Below the pieces are notes generated by a model. It worked only from the letters and a program-made list of their open reading frames with translations, searched no databases and had not been told where the DNA came from. Below, in pieces: positions 19,424-25,953 of a stretch of 64,000 bases of DNA. The stretch lies in the IMG/VR virus record IMGVR_UViG_3300006097_000019, positions 1 to 64,000 of that record. One strand, given 5' to 3'. The stretch's first letter is position 1, and every line of letters begins with the position of its first letter. The stretch is from a virus. A program made the position numbers and the translations under genes.

Positions 19424-19990
19424 TTGATACCATTTCCAAATAAAAAATACAATATCATACTGGCTGATCCACCCTGGCAATTTAAAAATTACTCAGATAA
19501 ATGGCATAAAGATAGAAAAGAGAGTAGATGGGTAGGTAATGAGTATAATTGTATGACTATCAATGCTATAAAACAACTTCCTGTACAAAAAATAACTGAA
19601 GATAATACTGTTTTATTCCTATGGGTTACTTTCCCTACACTTCAACAGGGATTAGAAGTTATGGATGTATGGGGATTTACATATAAAACATGTGCATTTA
19701 ATTGGGTTAAAAAGAATAAAAAAGCAGATAGTTTCTTTGTGGGTATGGGTTATTATACTAGAGCAAATAGTGAATTATGCTTATTAGGCACAAAAGGTAA
19801 GCCATTAGAAAGAAAGTCAAGGTCAGTACAGCAATTAGTAGTAAACAAAATTAGGGAACACAGCAAGAAACCAGATAGCGTTAGAGATATGATAGTAAAT
19901 TGTAGCGGAGACTTACCACGTATTGAACTATTTTCAAGAGAGAGTACAGATGGTTGGGATTGTTGGGGAAATGAAGTAAATAAGTTTTGA
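19424..19990 (+). CDS. MT-A70 family N6-adenine methyltransferase
   Basis: ILADPPWQF (DPPW catalytic motif), LFLWVT, and the ELFSRE..GWDCWGNE C-terminus typical of MT-A70. Confidence 0.85.
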   Translation: MIPFPNKKYNIILADPPWQFKNYSDKWHKDRKESRWVGNEYNCMTINAIKQLPVQKITEDNTVLFLWVTFPTLQQGLEVMDVWGFTYKTCAFNWVKKNKKADSFFVGMGYYTRANSELCLLGTKGKPLERKSRSVQQLVVNKIREHSKKPDSVRDMIVNCSGDLPRIELFSRESTDGWDCWGNEVNKF

Positions 19991-20112
19991 GAGGTGTATC
20001 GAAAAAGGGTTTCCAGTAGGTATAGCAAACCAGTAACCCTGAGCCTGTAAAGCAATCAGGCAACAGACCATTGGGTAATTCCATAGGAGTGCTGTTAGGT
20101 TATACACACCTC
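19988..20112 (+). ncRNA. GC-rich structured RNA candidate (unknown class)
   Basis: Closing stem agaggtgt (about 19989-19996) / acacctct (about 20105-20112). Internal stems are gggtt/aaccc and gcctg-taaagcaat-caggc. Composition is clearly GC-richer than the flanks. Confidence 0.4.
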
Positions 20113-20220
20113 TTATATTATATTCAGCAAACTACAACTGACTTCCTAACCACTAACCTTTTGAATAAAGGTAATGTTAGTTATCTAATAATATCAATCA
20201 AATATAAAGGAGTGATTTAT

Positions 20221-20499
20221 ATATTCAAAGGATTTAAACTTAGAAATTATTTTAAAAAGAAAGAAGATAAAAAAGACTTAGATTTAGATGATATTATTGA
20301 GAATTTCAAACAAACATTAAAGGCAAATAAGGATTTAACTTTTAAGAATTTAACTTTTGATGAATTTTTAGAAATTAAAAAGATGGCAATTAATAATGAG
20401 TGTACTGTTAATTATGTTGCTGAAAAATTAGAATGTAACATACAAACTGCTAAATGTTTAGTTGAAAATTGGAAAACGGAATCAGAAGGGGTGATTTAA
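20221..20499 (+). CDS. hypothetical protein with C-terminal HTH-like segment
   Basis: Real coding part of track ORF 20071-20499. SD aaggag lies at 20207-20212; the candidate start ATA 20221 is non-canonical. NYVAEKLECNIQTAKCLVENW is HTH-like. Confidence 0.4.
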   Translation: MFKGFKLRNYFKKKEDKKDLDLDDIIENFKQTLKANKDLTFKNLTFDEFLEIKKMAINNECTVNYVAEKLECNIQTAKCLVENWKTESEGVI

Positions 20500-20553
20500 C
20501 TAGAACAAAAATTAAGGGATAAATTAAGGTAAAATTGAAAGGAGTAATTAATT

Positions 20554-20820
20554 TTGTATGAAAAATTAATAAAAGAAATATTAGAAAAGAAAAGAGAGAT
20601 AGTAGAAAAAATTTCCGAACTGCAGAAACAAAAAAGAGCATATGAAAATGTGTATAATTCTATTAAAGAATTACAAAGTCAATATGATAAAGAAAATAAT
20701 AATTTAGCTTATCAAAAAGGTATATGTCCATTTCCGAAAGAATGTGATCAAAAGGATTATTGTACTAAGGGATGTAATGCTGACACTTGTAACAATGGGC
20801 ATGCTTATAGAATGAGTTAA
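20554..20820 (+). CDS. hypothetical coiled-coil / Cys-rich protein
   Basis: 88 aa, TTG start after aaggag SD. Confidence 0.45.
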   Translation: MYEKLIKEILEKKREIVEKISELQKQKRAYENVYNSIKELQSQYDKENNNLAYQKGICPFPKECDQKDYCTKGCNADTCNNGHAYRMS

Positions 20821-20834
20821 ACAAATTATAATAC

Positions 20835-20863
20835 TTGACATAAAATAATAAATAATATATAAT
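20835..20863 (+). promoter_or_regulatory. sigma70-type promoter (fused to a recurrent-motif variant)
   Basis: TTGACA (20835-20840), 17-nt spacer, TATAAT (20858-20863); preceded by aaattataatac. Confidence 0.65.
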
Positions 20864-20910
20864 ATTTAATATAAAGGTTAAAATTTAAAATTTAGAAAGG
20901 ATGGTATTTA

Positions 20911-21552
20911 ATGGTTACAGAAAAAATGTCAGTACATAAAGCATTAGCAGAATTAAAAATTATAGGAGATAGAATTGAAACAGCAATTCATTCTGGTATC
21001 TATTGTAAAGCTAATAAATATTCAAATGAAAAAATTAATGGTGTTTCTGTAGAAGATTTTAAAAATCAAATTCAAGGTAGTTGGAATAAAGTAAATGATT
21101 TAATTAAGCGTAGAAATGCTATTAAAAAAGCAGTTGTTTTATCAAATGCAACAACTGAAGTTAAAGTTGGAAAAGAGAAGTTTACTGTTGCAGAAGCAAT
21201 TGAAATGAAAAATAGTGGTATGCAATATAAAAGAAATTTAATAAATGCTTTAAATAAACAATATATTGAAGCAATTAGAATTATTGAAAAAGAAAATGGA
21301 GATACACTTCAACAAAAAGCAGAAAATTATGTAATGGGTTTATATGGTTCTAAAGAAGGAAAAACTTCTGCTGATGAAATTGAAAAAACTAAAAAGCAAT
21401 TCATTACTAATAATACTTTTGAATTAGTTGATCCAATAAAAATTAAAGAAAAAATTGATTCTTTAGAAAAAGAAATAAATGAATTTGAAACTGAAATAGA
21501 TTCTGCTTTATCAGTAAGTAATGCTATTACTGAATTAACAATAAAATACTAA
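20911..21552 (+). CDS. hypothetical protein
   Basis: 213 aa, strong promoter and aaggatgg SD upstream; helical K/E-rich. Confidence 0.55.
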   Translation: MVTEKMSVHKALAELKIIGDRIETAIHSGIYCKANKYSNEKINGVSVEDFKNQIQGSWNKVNDLIKRRNAIKKAVVLSNATTEVKVGKEKFTVAEAIEMKNSGMQYKRNLINALNKQYIEAIRIIEKENGDTLQQKAENYVMGLYGSKEGKTSADEIEKTKKQFITNNTFELVDPIKIKEKIDSLEKEINEFETEIDSALSVSNAITELTIKY

Positions 21553-21561
21553 AACAAGTTT

Positions 21562-21900
21562 AAATTATTTACTACTTTCCGAAAATCTTTAACTACAATT
21601 CATTAGTCTTTTAATGTACTTAGACTGGTGTAATAAATTAAAAGAAAGTACATGCCTTATCTTTATAAGTTAAGAAAGAGTTGTGGTGATTTACAAAGAA
21701 TAACAAACATTAAAATAATTGTAAAGAATAAAGATAAAAGTTAAAATTTTAAAAATCAAAGTTAAAAGTTTATTTACTGAGTTTAAATATTAAATAATAA
21801 AGATTTAAAGTGGAAAGTTTTACAAAATCCCTGATTAACGGTTTAGTATAATTGTACTTGACTTTAGATTTCCGCAGGGCTGGAAAGTAGTAAATAATTT
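21562..21900. repeat. 19-bp perfect inverted repeat bracketing a 301-bp non-coding segment with short direct repeats
   Basis: aaattatttactactttcc (21562-21580) is the exact reverse complement of ggaaagtagtaaataattt (21882-21900). aaagttaaaa occurs at 21737-21746 and 21758-21767. Confidence 0.8.
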
Positions 21901-21953
21901 GTTTTTATATATAAGATAAAACTACCAATTTATTAAAAGGGGAAATTAAACAG

Positions 21954-22289
21954 ATGTACGATTTAAAGAAAGTTGTTAAATTTATAGAAAAGAAAAATAA
22001 TATTATACTAATGCCTTTTCAGGTTGAAATGGTCGAATGTATTCTAAAAGGTGAAACTTTTGCATGTCCTAGAGCAGTTGGAAGAAGTATGTTGTATCAA
22101 GGTGTTGCAGACTTTATTAAATATCAAGATAAGGTTTATATTGATAGAAATAAAGTTGATAAAATAATTGATATTGATAGGGTTTGTGATGAATATACAA
22201 CATATGAAGATTTTTATAACAAATCAGAAAATAAACATATGTTCACAGACTTAATGAATTGTAATGCTGACTTTAATAATTTTAAATAA
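21954..22289 (+). CDS. hypothetical protein
   Basis: 111-aa ORF. Confidence 0.5.
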   Translation: MYDLKKVVKFIEKKNNIILMPFQVEMVECILKGETFACPRAVGRSMLYQGVADFIKYQDKVYIDRNKVDKIIDIDRVCDEYTTYEDFYNKSENKHMFTDLMNCNADFNNFK

Positions 22290-22307
22290 AACAACACTTT
22301 TATCTCA

Positions 22308-22328
22308 TTAATATAATAATAATACTCC
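22308..22328 (+). promoter_or_regulatory. recurrent intergenic motif (variant)
   Basis: ttaatataataataatactcc. Confidence 0.4.
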
Positions 22329-22422
22329 TATTTATCACCTTTAAGGTGTTTATATAGATATAAAAACTAAGAAAGGAGGATATAAATTATTTCCAAACAA
22401 AGAGACAACAAGGAGGAAGTAA

Positions 22423-23025
22423 ATGATTGAATTTAAAGCACAAAGTCAGATTAAAGATAGAGTATATGAAAGATATTTAGATGATAGAATGATTATTTTA
22501 AATGAAGATGTAAATGAAGATTTAATAGAAAGACTAGTAATGCCTATAATTAAATTCAATAACAAAGATGATGAAAGAGAAGAAAAAGAAAAAGATTTTA
22601 ATAGAAATGATAAAAATAATATTATAAAGGTTTATATAAATTCTTATGGTGGTTATATTCACGATGGTTTAAGTGCAGTTAGTACAATGCTTTCTTCAAA
22701 AACTCCTATTTACACATACTGTTTAGGTAAAGCAATGAGTATGGGACTTACATTATTTATTGCTGGGCAAAGAAGGTTTGTACAAAGATATGGAACTTTA
22801 ATGTATCATGATGCACAACATTATTTAGGATATAATTCTGTAACAGGTCACAAAAACACAATAGAAGAAGATCAAAGATTAGTTAAGCAAATTGACAATA
22901 TAATAACTTCAAGAACAAAAATCACTCAAAAACAATTAGATAAATATAAAATATCTCATCCTCATGAATGGTATATTGATGCAGAAACAGCTTTAAAATA
23001 TGAAATAGCACACGAAATTATATAG
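22423..23025 (+). CDS. clpP: ClpP-family serine protease
   Basis: INSYGGYIHDGLSAV, GKAMSMGLTLFIAG (catalytic Ser context) and LMYHDAQ (His) are collinear with the ClpP consensus INSPGG..AASMG..IHQP. Confidence 0.75.
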   Translation: MIEFKAQSQIKDRVYERYLDDRMIILNEDVNEDLIERLVMPIIKFNNKDDEREEKEKDFNRNDKNNIIKVYINSYGGYIHDGLSAVSTMLSSKTPIYTYCLGKAMSMGLTLFIAGQRRFVQRYGTLMYHDAQHYLGYNSVTGHKNTIEEDQRLVKQIDNIITSRTKITQKQLDKYKISHPHEWYIDAETALKYEIAHEII

Positions 23026-23038
23026 GGAGGAAATTCAT

Positions 23039-23350
23039 ATGGATAAAGAATTATTAGAACAACAAAAAGAAGATGAGATTCAAGAGGATGTGTTTGTAGA
23101 TGTTCCAGTGGTTGATTTTGATGAGGGACTTTTTCTAAAAGGTGTTGACGAAATTTCTTTACTAGCAGGTAAAATAACGGGACTAGTAAATGTAGGTATT
23201 CATCCAACCGATGCTTTAAATTATTTTTTAACATTACAGCAATACGAACATGAGAAACATTTAAATTCAGAAACTTGTAAACATAATATAGAAGTAGCAA
23301 AACATAATGCTAAAGTTCAAGCAGAAATATTAGATAATAGGATGTTATAA
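23039..23350 (+). CDS. hypothetical protein
   Basis: 103 aa with acidic N-terminus. Confidence 0.45.
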   Translation: MDKELLEQQKEDEIQEDVFVDVPVVDFDEGLFLKGVDEISLLAGKITGLVNVGIHPTDALNYFLTLQQYEHEKHLNSETCKHNIEVAKHNAKVQAEILDNRML

Positions 23351-23352
23351 TT

Positions 23353-23574
23353 ATGGCTAAACGACTAACTAAAGAAGAAAAACAATACAGAACATGGGAA
23401 AAGGATAAAGAATTAAATTACATAATTCAATGTAAAAAATGTAAAACTACAATTCCTTTAGGTCTAACCCCTAAATGGGCAATGTGTAAATGTAGCAATG
23501 TAATAGTAGATGAGTATAAAACTGTAAATAAAAACTGCATTTTATTATATCAGCGTGAGGTGGTTGCTAGTTGA
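23353..23574 (+). CDS. hypothetical zinc-ribbon protein
   Basis: CKKCKT...CKCSN. Confidence 0.45.
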   Translation: MAKRLTKEEKQYRTWEKDKELNYIIQCKKCKTTIPLGLTPKWAMCKCSNVIVDEYKTVNKNCILLYQREVVAS

Positions 23575-24167
23575 GGATATTTAATACTAAAGTATATGGA
23601 TTAAGAGAAAGTATAATTGCTAGTGGTTATCCTATGTTAACTCAAACAGTAGATTGGGACACTTTAACTCAAGAAGAATTTACAGGTTTGGTTGCAGAAG
23701 GAATGAAAAGAGTTAAAAGATTGGGTAATGCTAAAAGTGGTTCAGGACATGATGCATTTTTAAAAGGCATAGTGGTTCAAGCTGATTTCCAAAGTCCTCA
23801 ACATTTTTGGTTACAATGGCAAAGATACCACTTTCAAGATATAGTAAGTAGTCAATCTAAGATGCATAAACTCACCAAGATGGAAATAAAAGATAATTGC
23901 ACTAAATATATTGATGAGTTTATTTTAAATAGATTAGATGAATTAAAACAACAGTATAATAGAAATCCTACATATGAAAATTTTAGAATACTATTAGACA
24001 ATTCACCAATTGGATTAATGCTTACAGCAAGAATTACAACAAACTATTTACAATTAAAAACAGAATATAATCAACGTAAAGCTCACAAAAATGAGGAATG
24101 GAATACTGTTTTTGTTAATTGGTGTAAAGGATTACCTTTATTCAAGGAATTGTGTTTAGGAGAGTGA
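23571..24167 (+). CDS. ThyX-like fold protein (divergent)
   Basis: SGHDAFLKG..SPQHFWLQWQRYHFQDIVSSQSKMH is collinear with ThyX SGHxSVLEH..RHRxxSxxxxSxRY, but the RHR motif is replaced by RYH. Confidence 0.3.
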   Translation: MRIFNTKVYGLRESIIASGYPMLTQTVDWDTLTQEEFTGLVAEGMKRVKRLGNAKSGSGHDAFLKGIVVQADFQSPQHFWLQWQRYHFQDIVSSQSKMHKLTKMEIKDNCTKYIDEFILNRLDELKQQYNRNPTYENFRILLDNSPIGLMLTARITTNYLQLKTEYNQRKAHKNEEWNTVFVNWCKGLPLFKELCLGE

Positions 24168-24171
24168 TTAA

Positions 24172-24591
24172 TTGCGTATCTATTTAATAGGTAGTATTAG
24201 CGAACATTTACGCAATGGTGAGTTAGAAAGAGCAACAGAATGGAGAAGTAGGCTTAAAAATAGATTAAAAACACATAATATAGAGTGTTTTGATCCATGT
24301 GTTAATTTACAAAATCACTTAACATTAAGCGATAAATCTATAGTATTACAAAATATTTATTATTTAAATAGTTGTGATATTGGTATAGTTAATACAGACA
24401 AATTAATTTATTCTCCTGGTAGTTGGTTTGAAATATTTAAATATTATTTTGATAAGAAACCAGTTGTAGCATTTGGCGAAAAACCACCAACACAAGTACC
24501 CCATGTTAGAGAAGCAATTAGTGAATATTTTAAGACTGAAGAAGAAGTTGTTAAATATTTAAAATCACTATTTAAGCAATTTAATGAATAG
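24172..24591 (+). CDS. nucleoside 2-deoxyribosyltransferase-like protein
   Basis: MRIYLIGSI N-terminus and SPGSWFEIFKYYFDKKPVVAF (NDT-like GTxxE..KPV). Confidence 0.4.
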   Translation: MRIYLIGSISEHLRNGELERATEWRSRLKNRLKTHNIECFDPCVNLQNHLTLSDKSIVLQNIYYLNSCDIGIVNTDKLIYSPGSWFEIFKYYFDKKPVVAFGEKPPTQVPHVREAISEYFKTEEEVVKYLKSLFKQFNE

Positions 24592-24593
24592 TG

Positions 24594-24641
24594 TTAATAT
24601 AAAAATAATACTTGACATAGATGGAAATTGTGTGTTATAAT
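24594..24641 (+). promoter_or_regulatory. recurrent motif fused to a sigma70-type promoter
   Basis: ttaatataaaaataatacttg (24594-24614); TTGACA (24612-24617), 18-nt spacer, TATAAT (24636-24641). Confidence 0.6.
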
Positions 24642-24665
24642 TAATTTTGTGGAAGGAGAAATTGA

Positions 24666-24866
24666 ATGAGGTTACATTTTGGTTTATTTGTTTCTATATT
24701 GTTAATCAATATTACTATTGGTGCTTGGTCAGTCAATGAGATATTATCATGGTTTAGTAAATCAATTCCATTTTGGGCAGACGGTTTAATTGGATTATTT
24801 GTAGGTCAATTTTCTATTCCAATTGCTGTTATAGGTATGATATTAAGGGTTTTTGGAGTCTTTTAA
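24666..24866 (+). CDS. small membrane protein
   Basis: 66 aa with two hydrophobic helices. Confidence 0.5.
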   Translation: MRLHFGLFVSILLINITIGAWSVNEILSWFSKSIPFWADGLIGLFVGQFSIPIAVIGMILRVFGVF

Positions 24867-24930
24867 ACAAAGAATAAAAGGAGGGTTTTATGGAAGGTAA
24901 AGGAAGAGAACCACCTTTAAAATAAGCTTG

Positions 24931-24951
24931 TTAAACATATAATAATACTTA
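24931..24951 (+). promoter_or_regulatory. recurrent intergenic motif (putative phage promoter)
   Basis: ttaaacatataataatactta abutting SD aggag and the GTG at 24957. Confidence 0.5.
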
Positions 24952-24956
24952 GGAGT

Positions 24957-25916
24957 GTGATTTATTTGGAATTAAAGGAGACAAAGGGTAGTGTTAAGTT
25001 TAGAGGTAAAATTAATAGGTTAAAAAATGGTAAAAAATCTGCTTATGCAGAAGGCAAAACTAGTAACGGAAAAGATTGGTCATCATTGAGATTTGGCATT
25101 AAAACTTCACCAGATAATAATATAAATGTTGAGTTATTTGGTATGCAATTTGATACTGTTCCTGCTTATAACAGGGATAAAAAAGAAACTTTGTGGGTTG
25201 ATTGGGATAAACGCAACGATATTCCTGAAGGATATAACTTAATTGGTGTTACTGTAGGTGGAGAAACTAAAGAAGATACTATTTCATTAGTTAATAAAGA
25301 TGCAGTTGAAATGATTATGGCTAGATTTAATGATGATGATAGTGTATTTGTATTAGCCGAACCGCAATATTCTACTTATAATGATAAACCACAAACAAAA
25401 TATAGTATTAGAAACATTTATTTCACAACTAATCCATTAGATTTTGAAGATGAAGAATTTAGCGAAGTATCTGATTTTGAACAAGAATTTGTATTTATTA
25501 ATGCCGATATAGAAAAAGAAACAAATACAGTATATGTTAATGGTTATGTAATTGGATATAAAGGTAAATCATTTGAAACAGTTTTGTTTAAAGTTGACGG
25601 TACTAAATATCCTAAATTAGCAAAATCATTTGTTACAAAATTAAAATTTGGTGACTTAATTAAGGTTGCAGGTAAGGTAAATAATAGAGCAGTTGCTAAA
25701 GAAACAGAAGAAATGGTTGAAGATGAATTTGGTGGAGAAATCCCTGCTTCTTATAGGCAACCAGTTTATGATTATGACAACAGCATGGAAATTACAGGAG
25801 TAGTTAACTACCAAAAAGGTGTATATAAAGAAACTGATTTTGTATTAGATAATGAAGTAAATTTATCTGAAGATAATAAAACAGAAGATGATATTCCTGA
25901 TTTCTTAAAAGGTTAA
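24957..25916 (+). CDS. SSB-like protein
   Basis: Sits next to the replication genes; acidic C-terminal tip EDDIPDFLKG resembles the SSB DDDIPF tail. Confidence 0.4.
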   Translation: MIYLELKETKGSVKFRGKINRLKNGKKSAYAEGKTSNGKDWSSLRFGIKTSPDNNINVELFGMQFDTVPAYNRDKKETLWVDWDKRNDIPEGYNLIGVTVGGETKEDTISLVNKDAVEMIMARFNDDDSVFVLAEPQYSTYNDKPQTKYSIRNIYFTTNPLDFEDEEFSEVSDFEQEFVFINADIEKETNTVYVNGYVIGYKGKSFETVLFKVDGTKYPKLAKSFVTKLKFGDLIKVAGKVNNRAVAKETEEMVEDEFGGEIPASYRQPVYDYDNSMEITGVVNYQKGVYKETDFVLDNEVNLSEDNKTEDDIPDFLKG

Positions 25917-25953
25917 TAATAAGGGGGTGATACCCCTTCAAGGAGGTATTTAT

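Noticed and set aside
18589-20084. Minus-strand ORFs 18589-18900, 19753-20055 and 19881-20084
   Set aside because: They are antisense to the radical SAM and MT-A70 genes and to the structured RNA candidate. They contain no motifs.
19988-20112. Calling the structured element a c-di-GMP-I (GEMM) riboswitch because of GCAAACC and AAAGC strings
   Set aside because: Only short fragments of the remembered consensus match, and the expected tetraloop/receptor helices are not evident. It is left as unknown class pending an Rfam scan.
20071-20220. N-terminal 50 codons of track ORF 20071-20499
   Set aside because: This part lies inside the GC-rich structured element and translates to low-complexity sequence. 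A strong SD is found only at 20207-20212.
20450-23300. Minus-strand ORFs 20450-20641 and 22962-23300
   Set aside because: They are shadow frames of plus-strand genes and show no independent signals.
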